Source: Macrostomum hystrix
Lineage: Eukaryota; Animalia; Platyhelminthes
Direction: 5' to 3'
NCBI GenBank assembly: GCA_950097015.1
Contig: CATNEN010000001.1
Coordinates: 14,570,001 to 14,634,000, forward strand
Length of the DNA: 64,000 nt
Below, in pieces: positions 49,158 to 61,767 of this stretch. The position numbers were made by a program, and so were the translations under genes. The first letter of the stretch is position 1, and each line of letters opens with the position of its first letter. The notes under the pieces are model-generated. The model was not told the DNA's origin, did no database searches, and worked only from the letters and a program-made list of their open reading frames with translations.

Positions 49158-50549
49158 TTAGTTGATGAACTTTTGTCTTGGGCGCAAAGGCCTACTTGTG
49201 CGACTTATATTGGCTGACGTATTTCCGTCTTTCTTGTCAGCGTTCACACATTTTGCCGATCGCTTTCTCGATAAAGATAATTGCTCTCGCTGCTTCTGCT
49301 CTTGCTGCTTCTCCAGTTCTCGCTGCTTCTCCAGTTCTCGATGCTTCTCCTGCTCTTGCTGCTTCTCCAGTTCTCGCTGCTTCTCCAGTTCTCGATGCTT
49401 CTCCAGTTCTCGCTGCTTCTCCAGTTCTCGATGCTTCTCCTGCTCTTGCTGCTTCTCCAGTTCTCGCTGCTTCTCCAGTTCTCGATGCTTCTCCAGTTCT
49501 CGCTGCTTCTCCAGTTCTCGATGCTTCTCCAGTTCTCGCTGCTTCTCCAGTTCTCGATGCTTCTCCTGCTCTTGCTGCTTCTCCAGTTCTCGATGCTTCT
49601 CTAGTTCTCGCTGCTTCTCCAGTTCTCGATGCTTCTCCAGTTCTTGCTGCTTCTCCTGCTCTTGCTGCTTCTCCAGTTCTCGATGCTTCTCTAGTTCTTG
49701 CTGCTTCTCCAGTTCTCGCTGCTTCTCCAGTTCTCGATGCTTCTCCAGTTCTTGCTGCTTCTCCTGCTCTTGCTGCTTCTCCAGTTCTCGCTGCTTCTCC
49801 TGCTCTTGCTGCTTCTCCAGTTCTCGCTGCTTCTCCAGTTCTCGATGCTTCTCCAGTTCTTGCTGCTTCTCCTGCTCTTGCTGCTTCTCCAGTTCTCGAT
49901 GCTTCTCTAGTTCTCGCTGCTTCTCCAGTTCTCGCTGCTTCTCCTGCTCTTGCTGCTGCTCCAGTCCTCGCTGCTTCTCCATTTCTCGCTGCTTTTCCAC
50001 TTCTGACTCTCCCTGCTCAAATTCTGCTCCCCTCGCAGTAGACAATTGAGCAGAATCAATCACATTTTTACCTGACGCACACACGCAACAGATATTTTAA
50101 TTATACTACGTATTTCATCAGGAGCTACGGATACAGCCAACTCCAGATGATCAAGTGCCTTTGTTACATGCTGCTTTGCAATCACAGCTGAAAGCTGCGA
50201 ACTCTCTTCTTCCAACTTCCAACCATTATGTTTCAACCACTCCTTTCCGGCAGCAGCCGCTTCCGCTCGCTTGGAATGGTCTTGGTGACAATTCGATGAT
50301 TTTTTTCTGTCGAAAAATTGCTACACCATCACGGTAGGCCAGAGCTAAACCATTTTCCGAAATATAATTGACATTCGTTCCATGAGCCCTTCGAAGTAGA
50401 GAACCGGACAGTGGAATGTTTAGGATCTGAGCAGCTACACGAACACAAGTCGCTGTTAGTCTGATGCCGACGACCACTTCCCTGTCGGGAAAGGGTAAGG
50501 GCAGTTCTCCTTTTGGCTCAAAGACCGAAAAAGGATCGTTAATGAAAGC
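49158..50549 (-). pseudogene. Unknown gene family, copy B: same domain, (EKQREL)n charged repeat and basic C-terminus; two frameshifts
   Basis: Acceptor TTATTTCAG|GCT; reads AFINDPFSVFEPKGELP...GLALAYRDGVAIFR...GKEWL; C-terminus SRKRS...RPLRPR versus KRKR...RTLRPR in copy A. Confidence 0.7.
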
Positions 50550-50761
50550 CTGAAATAAATTATATAACTTTTATTACATGCAAAAATATACATCCATAAC
50601 ATCGAAAATAACTTCAAAGCGTTGACAGAAATATAGTGACATAAAAGACAAGTGTACACTCTTATTTACTTTACTTTTTCTTACTGAAACAAACTCTACT
50701 AAGCAAATACTGGACTTGGTTAAGTGAATCCTAGCATTGAAGATAAGAAAAAACAGGAAAA

Positions 50762-51320
50762 CCATGAATTATTACGCAGATATGAAAGGACATGAGTGGA
50801 AGTAGCAGATATTGAGAAGAAACTTGAAAAACATGAATTATCATGTTTATATGATATACATTACTCAGATATGAAAGGACATGAGTGGAACTAGCAGATA
50901 TTGAGAAGAAACTTGAAAAACATGAATTATCATGTTTATATGATATACATTACTCAGATATGAAAGGACATGAGTGGAACTAGCAGATATTGACAAGAAA
51001 CTTAAAAAACATGAATTATCATGTTTATATGATATACATTACTCAGATATGAAAGGACATGAGTGGAAGTAGCAAATATTGAGAAGAAACTTGAAAAACA
51101 TGAATTATCATGTTTATATGATATACATTACTCAGATATGAAAGGACATGAGTGGAACTAGCAGATATTAAGAAGAAACTAAAAAAACATGAATTATCAT
51201 TTTTATATTATATACATTACTCAGATATGAAAGGACATGAGTGGAACTAGCAGATATTGACAAGAAACTTGTAAAACATGAATTATCATGTTTATATGAT
51301 ATACATTACTGAGATATAAA
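50762..51320. repeat. 89-bp tandem repeat, ~6 copies; related partial units at 43271-43370
   Basis: CATGAATTATCAT recurs every 89 bp (50832, 50921, 51010, 51099, 51188, 51277). Confidence 0.93.
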
Positions 51321-53017
51321 ACTTAAAAGGCACGAGTGAAACTAACATGGAAGCACTTGATGTTGAGTGTATATTATACACAGAGACAGATTTTGTGAAT
51401 ATGAGTTATCTATCAAATATAATTTGGAGATTGATACAATTATTTTTGTTATTGATTTAAAGAATATATTACATTCCAGACCTGTAACTCAAACAAGTGT
51501 ATTAAAAATGTGCCATGGCAATATGTATATTAATTAAAAAAAGACTAAAAGTTTTGCCTATTGGACTTATTTTTTCCAAGTTAGTTAGCTAGGAATGAGT
51601 AAAAGAGAAGCGTTCTAACTATATCGAAGCTTATGGTAATACTTAGCTTGTAAGGCATCAAGGCCTAACTTGTAAATAGAATAGAAATAGAAAATAGAAA
51701 ATAGATTGTAAATAGCTAACTAGACTTTTGTATTTTTTAATATCAATAGCTAGTCTAGCTATTAGGCCTAGTGTTATTATTACTTTGTTAATTGTTTAGA
51801 AAAGTGACAATAAAGTTGGATTTAATATAAAGCTCCTCTAGTTGCATGCATCATATCCTGAATAAATTTGAGTCATACGTCCTGACATAATTCATAAGAA
51901 GGTGCATATGTAGAATTCTGTATATATAGCCATAGCTAGCTATTATTGTTTGAAATATTATTATTACTGAGTGTTAATATACATAGGCATAGATATAGAT
52001 TATATAATATATTGAGTGATTTGATTACAATCTTAAAGTGACAATTGTCATGCCAGTTTTTAATATTTCTAAAGGACACATACAATTACATATCTATCAA
52101 CATGGGCATTGTCACATTGATAGTAATTTATGAATTGGTCCATTAGTCGATTAGTATTGGTCCATGACCTGCATGAGTGATATAAATTATGCATGAGTGA
52201 TATAAATTATATATTTGTAACAAGACTAAGACTAAGAGCTCTTAATTTTTGCTGCCAATTAAACAGTCTGTGGGGCAGTTACATTCTGATAAGTTTAAAA
52301 ACTTGTCGGTGAAAACTGGTATTAAAACCTGAAAACTAAAAACTAGGAAAACTAAAATTAAAACGTGACATATAGCCATATAGGTCTGCATCAGATCGAG
52401 CACGTTGCTCAAGCTTTGCAACAAGTTAGAATTTATTTTTTACGATTGCAAAGTCGTCCCGATACTTTCCTAATTTTCATATTTTTGCCCAGCTTTTTTC
52501 GACTCATTATTCGGTCTTTTCGGAGAGCCATTTGGGCCTCATTGAAACGCAAACAGCAATTTTCGTATAGCGCTTATATTTCAGTGCGCAGCAGTTCAGT
52601 TCTGCTCCATTTAGCTTACTATTTAGATTTATTTATTCGGAAGTCAGATTAAGACAAAAAATGAACATAAAGGCCTTCCTAAAATCACTTTCATCTTCTC
52701 TCGTTTATAACAACGTAAACAGTGTATTTAAATTCACGCGTATTTAAATTCACGCGCTAGCTCTGCAGCTATTTTTAGAACTGGGAAGACCACGCTTCCT
52801 CCATGGCTTTGCTCGCAAGCACTCTTTTTCTCTCGTTATTGATATTGCATTAGAGCAGCAGCAATGTACAGTATACTTAAATGTATTGTTTCGTTCGAGA
52901 TCGATTGACTGACTGATTGACACTGATTGACACAGACTCTATGTCTTATGACATTCAATAATTTGATTTAACTTTGACTGGCGGCGGCAGCGACGACAAG
53001 CAAAAAACACGGAAAGG

Positions 53018-53495
53018 CAATTAGAATATAATTTCTATGCTAAAGTCTACTCGATTATATTTCGCAGAGGCTAACTAATGCTATCCAGCTGTACAATTGA
53101 ATATTTATCTCACCTCGAAGTGGGCACAGGCGGACAGGGCTGGCTACTGCTGCTTCTGATGCTGCTGGCTGCTGCTACTGCTGCTGCTTGGCCAATGGGC
53201 ACAACCGGACAGGGCTGGCTACCGCCGCTTCTGATGCTGCTGGCTGCTGCTACTGCTGCTGCTTGGCCAATGGGCACAGGCGGACGGGGCTGGCTTCGGC
53301 TACTTCTGCTGCTACTGATGGTGCTGGCTGGTGCCGGCCGGTTTAGCTGCACTGAGCTGAGGATGAGCATGGAAAAAAGCAATTAGAATATAATTTCTAA
53401 GCTAAAGTCTACTCGATTATATTTCGCAGAGGCTAACTAATGCTATCCAGCTGTACAATTGAATATTTATCTCACCTCGAAGTGGGCACAGGCAG
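53018..53495. repeat. ~362-bp-period duplication with internal 78-bp repeats
   Basis: 53018-53130 matches 53380-53492; CTGATGCTGCTGGCTGCTGCTACTGCTGCTGCTTGGCCAATGGGCAC occurs twice. Confidence 0.85.
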
Positions 53496-56400
53496 ACGGG
53501 GGCTGTCGAGCTGCTGGGATAGCTAGTTAGCTGCTGACTGTTGCTACTGATGCTGCTGCTTATGATTATGCTTCGATTGCTGCTTCGGAGAGTAAAGATG
53601 CGCTGCAAGTAAGAAAAAGGCTGGTAAGTCTCATAAATGCAATTCATAAATATGCATTACAAGCTGTTAATATAATAGGCCCTTTAATTAGTCTTTGTAT
53701 ATATAATAGGCCCTGCTATTAGTATTTGTATATATAATAGGCCCTGCAATTAGTGTTTGTATCCATATTACAATCGGTTTGTAAATATAATAGTTAATAG
53801 CGCAGGCAGTTCTCTATAATTATAATATATTAGTAATCTCAGTAAGTGTAATGCAGTTCTGAGCTGCGTAGAAATATATTAGATCCTAATGCTCGCTGTT
53901 GACATAATAATAGATCCTGTGGCTCTCTGTCGGTATAATATCTGTAGCCAGTTTTAACTTTGACCAAGCAAATAGAAGGCTGACTGTTGATTCGAATTGT
54001 GGATGGATCTCTGAATTATATTTGACTGTAAGCTGCAGTTCGATCGAGCAGTTGGGCCGGGCTAAAACTAAAAGACTGCTACTTTGCTTGCCACCCTTTC
54101 TTTAAACCTTCGAAAGCGAAAGGGGGCGGCCCTGTCTCTAAATTCATAGTCTATGGTAAAAGGGTGTGGAAGGCCACTGCTCTGCCTTGAAAAAGAGAAG
54201 CAGTGTGTCTGCTTTAACCAATCGATAATGTCACCCCTGTGGCCATAGACTGAAGACGATCGAAGTCGTCTCTCTTTCCATCTGCAGGTCTGTCTGGCTG
54301 GCTCGGCACTGCTTTTGAGGGAGGAAGATCGAGTTGGAGGGGGTGGGTGTGCTGTTCACTGGAAAATCGAATGTCTGAGCTTTTCGAGGGGTTTGCTAAA
54401 GCGTAAACAAATGTATTATATAGTGCAGGGCACGCTTCTTTTTTCGAACTTCGGGCTCTCTCCCTTAAGAGTGAGCCCCGTCTTAGTAGGAAATTAGCAG
54501 AAGCAGCTAGCAGCAGCAGCCAGAACTAACAAACAAAATATTCGCTAACTTTTAAACTATTTACTCACATGCACTCTCTATACATATAATTGTAATGCGA
54601 TAACTCAATACATATATATATGTGATTGATAACGAGATCGATTGACTACCGATACTGACACAGATTGACTCTCACTCTGCTCTTTAATAACCGGCCTTGG
54701 GAGGCCGAGTAAAAGCAATAACTCACCTTTCTCCTCCAGGACGCGGCTGGGCCGTATCGACAAGGTCCCACAAGGGGACGTTCGGGCACGACGTCAGCTC
54801 CATTTAAAGTTTAGCCAAAGAATGAGTCAAATTGGAAATTTTACAGAAATAACAGGCCTGAAGTTAATGGAGCATCAAGTGGTTTTTTATAATAGTTTGT
54901 TTAGGGGTTTTGGTGGCCGAGGCACCAGCCAATAGGAAGGCTCGGGAAGGTTGTGGGAAATTCCATGAGTAAGGGGGCCATAGTTGTAGTTTAGTTATTG
55001 GGGCCTTGATCTTTTCGGTGAGGAGATACCGCGGCCGGCAACAGCGTAACTGAGCGGCCTGAGCAGCGGGTTTCTCCAGCTGCGACCAGCTGCAGCGCCG
55101 ATTGGACCTCGCGCAACGGCTCGGCAACCAGCCCGGCGAACATTTTCGGGCACGGCCAGCTGTAAACACCCGGGCGCGCGGCGAATCAGAGGCTACCAAG
55201 GCCCGGCAGCAGGATCGGCAAGGGCGCAAACGGGCTGAACAACCTGGACCCACCTGGGCAGAGCACGGCCGGACCCCTCGGACTCGAGGAGAAGACGGCC
55301 GGGGCCCCCCAGGATTGCGCAACCGAGACCAAGCCGGGCAGGGAGAACTGGGACGAGCTGCAGCCACTTGGAGAAGAAGGCGAGCCGGGACGAGGCACCC
55401 CTGGGCAGCGAGAACAACATCGCCGCGACCGGAATGCGCACCCACCTCCCCTCAGGACTCTATCCCTTAGTCGCTAGGGGCGCCGACCGTTTATACTCTC
55501 GCACCAATCTATTTATAGCCATACGTACGTACGCATTAGGATTTCTTCTCTAGCGGAATTCTTCCTAGGGTTCTCTACAGTATGTTGTAGGTAATTTTTA
55601 TTTATCCCCTCGATTCTCGAGACACCCCGCTACTACTGTCAGTAGGCACGTAAGTGTCTTACGTGAAAGTGAGCGAAGGTGGAGTGATGTGGAGTGTGCT
55701 GCGGGAATCGAGCGGGAATGTGAGCCAGCATAATTTTTCAAATTTTTAAGTAACTAATAATTGCGACCCACATAGCAGCTGGCCACAAAACAAGATCATT
55801 AATCTTAGGGCCGGGTTTGAGGCGGCGGTGAATCAAGTAGCTGTCGAATCCTCTCTCTCCGGAGTTGTCTAGACTCCCCGTAGGAATGACTGATCGCGGC
55901 CATAATGTTACTGTATGAACTAGTTTAGGTCATAATTCCCCTCCAAACCGCGATCAGATATAGGGGCTCACTCGCGCGTTATGAGTGATCATTAAATTCT
56001 TCATGTCCCCTCTTCTTTACAGTATTCGAGCCCAGCTCGACTTTATGATCTCCCCCTTGTAGATACTCGTAAATGTCACTGTAGGCAGGTCGGCGCCTGC
56101 GCTTCCATTGTCCCGGCGGAGTAACAATTGTTGGCCGTCTGCCGATGGCTGCTCTCGATGAGCACCTGTCGTTTCCCGCCGCCGGTTCATTGGGAAATTG
56201 GGGCGGCCTGTCGTCGCTTCGATTCCCCGTTGACAGGCGGGCGCGAATGTGGGTTGCTTTGATGGATGTCGGGGTTGGCGTGCTGCAAGGCCTATTTAAG
56301 CAAGCGCGCTGCGCTGCTCCCTCTAGGACCTTTTTTCTCCCACCGGCTCTTCCCCTTCTTCCCTGCCGGACTTACTTTTGCCGGGCCGGACTCCCACCGG

Positions 56401-58093
56401 ACCCAGAGCACCTTTCCGGACCCACTTAGGGCATAGACCCTAGAGCTCATAGCTCCACAGTTAGCGCGGGCCCATTGCCTGCCCCCATTCCCCCTGAGCG
56501 CGAGCCACCTCTTTAGGTGAGCCGTTAAATTGAGCCTTGAGCTCCAAGCGTGTGGGCCCCTGCCGACTCGCAGCATCTTTCCCTTCCCGGCCTTTGCTGT
56601 CTTACCCCATCCTCTTCCCCGAGAACAACGGGATTGCAGCACGCGGCCGAAGCGACATCAGCTAAGTAACCCGCGCAGCGGTTTTACCATTGTTAGTCCT
56701 AAGGGACCTTTCTTTAGTCTAGGCGGAAGCTACGGGCTTGGGCGAGGGATTTATCTAGCCTAATAAAAGCAGTAATTACTAGCCAATTATTCAAACATTA
56801 GGCCAATTTAATAACAATTTAAATCCTTCCGCCATGCTATTACTTTCTCTTTATTTTCACCTTAGACAGCCCTCTACCATGAGTGGCTAATCTATTAGGG
56901 GAATGGGCTCTGGCACAGCCGAGCTGAAAGCTGCGGCAGGAAGGCAATTGTAAGCGCGTATGAGAGCAATATGGAGCTAGGGATTTGCAAGTAAAATGCG
57001 GAGTGTAGCACGTGTTGTCTTTCTGCCCAGGGGTGGGGAATTCCCTGGCGGGTTTTCCTCGTTTCCTGGCGGAATTGGGAGCGCGTGTCAAGCTCCCCTG
57101 CCAATTGAGTTTCCCTTCCGTTCCCCCTCTCGCTTCCACCGCCAGGGAAGTGGGGGGTGATGATCTTTTAATCTTACGCTCGCATAATCACTCAGCCAGT
57201 GTTCAGCTTAATCTCTCCTGCCTCTGTTTTCCTCAGCTCACACAGACTCGGATTGCTAGTTATCTAATGTGTAGGCTGCAGTCTAATGTACCGAATGTGT
57301 CTGATGTCCCATGAGTAGGATTCTGGCTATGGATTTCTCTTTCAGGTTCTGAGTACCACCTTTCTAGACCACTGTAGCGCAGATTCAGGAATCCCCTGGT
57401 GAGGCGTGTCTCGATCCATTCTGGGGTTTTCACCCTAGTCTAAAACGGAAGTTACAGAAGGCTCTATTTTTCGGCTTGTCTAAGATCTGTGTGACAAACT
57501 AGGAGCTGCGAGCTCCGGGGACCCAAGTTCCCAAATGTCTGCGGTGGCAACGTAGGCGCATTGGGTGGTGGCGCTACCCTAGATCATTTTCCGCTTTGCC
57601 GATAGCCTTTCCGCATTTCTAAGACAAGAGCCTAGGCCGAGTCGACCACTGCTACCAAGGTTAGGGGTCAGTTATGAACATGCTACTGATGACAGTAGGC
57701 TACATAGCCCTGTCCTATCCGCTTGCGGGTAGTCCGACATCTGTTTAGACTTTTAGCCGGTTTCGAGCACTGCTTGGGGTAGGCACGGCAGTCATGCCTG
57801 TGGCCTATGGGTTGAGTGGGACTGGCCAGCCTGAGGCCGAGAGGACCACTCCCTGCATCCACTGTCTCTCCCTTCATCTCCCTTCATCCCTCTTTCCGCG
57901 GCAACTCGCGAGACTTTGCGGTACGACTTCTGACTCTATCGCCATCCCCACACTCCTTTCCTTCACGAGGACAGACCATCGGATTGCAAACCCGCAACTA
58001 TTTCACAGTAAATTTTTAGACTACATGATAAAATTCTGTAAATTTCATTGCATTTTCTTATTTTAGAACAATGTCAAATGTCTGTTTGAGCAA

Positions 58094-58246
58094 TTGGAAT
58101 CCCATCGGATGTTCGCATAATCAGGCCGCTAACAGCAGCGACCTTTGGAATCCCATCGGATGTTCGCATAATCAGGCCGCTAACAGCAGCGACCTTTGGA
58201 ATCCCATCGGATGTTCGCATAATCAGGCCGCTAACAGCAGCGACCT
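58094..58246. repeat. 54-bp perfect tandem repeat, 3 copies
   Basis: Encodes WNPIGCSHNQAANSSDL three times. Confidence 0.9.
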
Positions 58247-58681
58247 TCTTGCCGCCATGGACGTGCAATGGCTTGACGTAATTGTTAGTCAGGTTTGTTG
58301 CCTGGACAATAATGAGCTGTTGGACAATGCTAATGGCCATCTTGAAGCTACTGCTGATGTAGCCGATGACCCAAATATGAATTATGTTACTGAGACCTTA
58401 AATAATTATAAAGTGTTATTATAAAGCTGGTGGCCAAGTCAGAGGGTCTGGAACCACTTCAGATGGGCGTCACCGGTGTCGACATGTTTGATTTGCTGCT
58501 CCAACCATTCCATGAGGCAGCCGCAGCGTTAGCTCTGCAGGGGCTAATCAGCAGCTTCCCGGAGCAGTTTCACCTGGGCCACAGCCAGGGACAACTAAAA
58601 CCCAAAGAAAAGTCTAAGTCATCACTTGCAGGAGCAACTAGATAAGATACGATCTGGCGGCAATGTTAAAAATTACAGAAG

Positions 58682-58894
58682 ATGGCCTCCATCAGCATTG
58701 ATGTTATAAAGAGCATATTTGTTGCATCCATTCATGTACTGGCAACAAAATCTGGCAGTCACGTGACTCTGAAATCTCTGATGGAAGCTTATGAAAGAAA
58801 TATGGGCCAACCAGTACCATTCAGAGATCATGGCTATGGCAGCGTTGAAGAGCTTATCCGAGTCGGCCTGCCGCAAAGCTTGTATTCAAGATAA
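58682..58894 (+). CDS. Small single LOTUS/OST-HTH domain ORF (70 aa)
   Basis: VTLKSLMEAYERNMGQPVPFRDHGYGSVEELIR fits the LOTUS pattern l..l...Y....G..ipfr..Gy.s.eel as I recall it from the Oskar/TDRD5/TDRD7/MARF1 family. Confidence 0.7.
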   Translation: MASISIDVIKSIFVASIHVLATKSGSHVTLKSLMEAYERNMGQPVPFRDHGYGSVEELIRVGLPQSLYSR

Positions 58895-58959
58895 AACCCG
58901 GTGTGTTAAAAATTCACTGTTCACTAACCCGAGTTTATAATTTTATATTCTTATTTTAT

Positions 58960-59112
58960 ATCACCTTATCAATTCTATGAGTAAGCAGCATCACCTCATC
59001 AATTCTATGAGTAAGCAGCATCACCTCATCAATTCCATTAGTCAGCAGCATCACCTCATTAATTCCATTAGTCAGCAGCATCACCTCATCAATTCTATGA
59101 GTAAGCAGCATC
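58960..59112. repeat. 30-bp tandem repeat, 5 copies (AATTCTATGAGTAAGCAGCATCACCTCATC)
   Basis: Direct copies. Confidence 0.9.
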
Positions 59113-59259
59113 ATTTCTGATTTGTGCATTCAAACTGCATCAGGAATTTAGGCAGCTATCATATGCTAAACTAATTGTTTTTGCTTGTTGTAGCCTAGTT
59201 TGATAATTTACAGAACTTCAAAAAAATTTGCTTAAAATATAAAAACAATTATTTCAGAA

Positions 59260-60140
59260 ACGACTTTGAAAATTTTCGTCTATACTTCCATGGATTTCCT
59301 TTCAATTTCAATGAGGAAATTTAGCATCCCGAGGGTTTTAGTTGTCCCTGGCCCAGCATAGAGGAGTACATCAGCTCCAAGTGGGACTATAGATGTCACT
59401 ACGACCTGATCCTGCTAAGCTATGCTGAGGTGTGGCTCAAGACAAGTTTGTTCAGCGCTTCTAGATTTTGTTGTCTTTGCTCTATTTCCTTCCATGCTGT
59501 GCTTGATTTTAATTTGTATACCATTGGCCAATTATGGTATTGTAGAATAGATAGTATTGACACTTGCTTAGGAAAGCTATGCTATATAGTTTAAGTGATT
59601 GACTTGAAGTGACAAACTTGAAGTGATTGACTGAAATCAAATTTGTATCCCTTGATCAGATCAATACCACAATAGCCTATTTTAGCTATTGACACTGCCA
59701 TGTCACACCAAGACTCAAGAGTCTATTCTAGCCATAGACTATATTTACCATGTTGATACTATAACATTCATTGCAATATGCTATATCAGCCCTACATGGA
59801 ACAAACAGGTAGAAGAAATTGAACTGGTATTGCACTTTGCAAGAGCTTGGCATGAACACCCAAGCAACTATGATGACTAAGATATTGGAGGTTGCCAGTT
59901 TGAGCAAACGCTACATGGCCTATTGTGTCCATCCAACTGTCATCAAGGAGCAAGAGCTTGGCATGAACACCCAAGCAACTATGATGACTAAGATATTGGA
60001 GGTTTCCAGTTTGAGCAAACGCTACATGGCCTATTGTGTCCATCCAACTGTCATCAAGGCGTTTTCTGATGTTGGTTACTCAAATGCCAATATCTGTAAA
60101 GTGACTGGTCACAGGCAGGTGAAAACAGTCAAGCAGTAGG
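59260..60140 (+). mobile_element. Decayed Crypton-type (DUF3504-like) tyrosine-recombinase transposon fragment
   Basis: WY...LGMNTQATMMTKILEVASLSKRYMAYCVHPTVIKAFSDVGYSNANICKVTGHRQVKTVKQ* aligns to the pattern WY...G.N.L..MM..I...A.LS..YTNH..RAT.I..L...G.....I..VTGH+...SL..Y. The catalytic Tyr codon is TAG. There is an internal 111-bp duplication, and the left boundary is approximate. Confidence 0.75.
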
Positions 60141-61165
60141 TCTGTGATTTGGAAGTCAATGCACATCCAAGATGTAGGCCACGTGCAGCGCACTGCATAC
60201 ATTGCTACATAGAGCTAACTCATCCATAGGCAACATAAATCAAGTGGAGACATCTATGTCAGCATAGTGCGCTGTGGCTAACAGTAGCAACCATGCGAAG
60301 CCACAATAGGTCACCTTGACACTCAACTTTCATGGAAATGTTGACTTTGCCTCTAGACTTACAGACTATCAAATATGAAATTAAAATATTAAAACAGTGA
60401 TTAAATTTGTCCCAAAAAGTTAATTTTTATTCACTTCTCTACTCTTTTTCTTCATTTAAAATATACCTGAAGATGTACACCATTGTGCAAAAAGTTGTTT
60501 AATTAAATGTTAATTTTTGTGAGGCAGCCCTCAAATTGGCATCTAAAGATGACTGACAATACTGCTATGTTATACCGTTACTGACAATTCTCACCATGTA
60601 CCAGTCGCTAGTTCAAGTGCTCAAACCGTTATAACTAACCTGCTTCCGTCTCCTTTGCGAAGGGGACGTGTTGCATGCTGAACTTGTATCCCAGCCCCAA
60701 TGCTAATGGACTTTTATTTGTCAGCCATCACACACTTAAGTTACGCTCTGCTCCTTTTGTCTATGTTCCGCAGCCCACAGAGATGCATCTCTGTGGATCC
60801 CCTCAGCATGTTTACATATAAAGAAAGTCTTGTTACAAATACACGCACAAAAAGGGACTTCATGTCACACTCCCATTAAGCATTACTTCGTCTCCATTGA
60901 GGTGCAAGCTACAGACATCAGTTTTCCATATACGAAATTCGTTCACCACTGCTTCGAGTTCTTTCGAGTTCTAGGGACAAGTTTGGTTTCTTTTGAAAAA
61001 TGGCTTTGTCATGTATGTATCTCATGTATCTCATTGAGCTACTTAGTCGAAGTTATTCTACACTACGCCGTAAAAATGGCTTCCCTATATGTTTGGAAAT
61101 GTCTAGAAATTGCTAGTGTTATGGCCAGCCAGTATAATAATATTTTTTCCCTTCACTTCTATCAA

Positions 61166-61245
61166 GTCCGTGTAGATTGTTGAGTAGCGCTGAATCCTCG
61201 CATGCGGAAGGTCCCTAGCTCGATTACCAACCACAACTGATTTTT
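61166..61245 (+). pseudogene. Degenerate tRNA-like sequence followed by a T-run
   Basis: CTCGCATGCGGAAGGTCCCTAGCTCGATT resembles an anticodon arm plus T arm, but the stems do not close properly. Confidence 0.3.
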
Positions 61246-61767
61246 GTAATTGAAGAAATAAAACTTTCACTTTTTGTCATTTTTTCTTTTCATTCCTCCT
61301 TTCTATTAATATGTCATCTATTTCATTTCTAAAATGCATATATGCCTGTGTTGTATATAGTTCTTGCCGTTCTAGCCAAAAGCTATAATTCATTATGCAA
61401 GAGTTTTCCATATCGAGTTCTTTGAGTTCTAGGGACAAGGATTCTAGTTTGGTTTCTTTTGAAAAATGGCCTTGTCATGTATGTATCTCATGTATCTCAT
61501 TGAGCTACTTAGTCGAAGTTATTCTACACTACGCCGTAAAAATGGCTTCCCTATATGTTTGGAAATAAGTTATTTATATAGTTTTCTTACTACATGCACG
61601 TGGGTTAGGAATGCAATTCCCCCAAGTCCACCGCCAGTAAGGCTAGCCCCCCGTGGGTCCACGTGGGTTCACCCGGCTAGCCGAGTATTTTTTGACTAGT
61701 GGAAGTGTCGGCTAGCCGGCGGCCGTTAGATGAACCAGCAGACAGTAGTCAAGGTAAAAAAAGTTCA

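Noticed and set aside
49162-50049. Plus-strand Cys/Ser-rich ORFs (also 46760-47434 and the Gly-rich 39637-40149)
   Set aside because: They are antisense shadows of minus-strand repeat-coding regions, which have the splice and paralogy support.
56292-56642. Possible degenerate gag zinc knuckles
   Set aside because: No intact CCHC spacing in any frame I checked.
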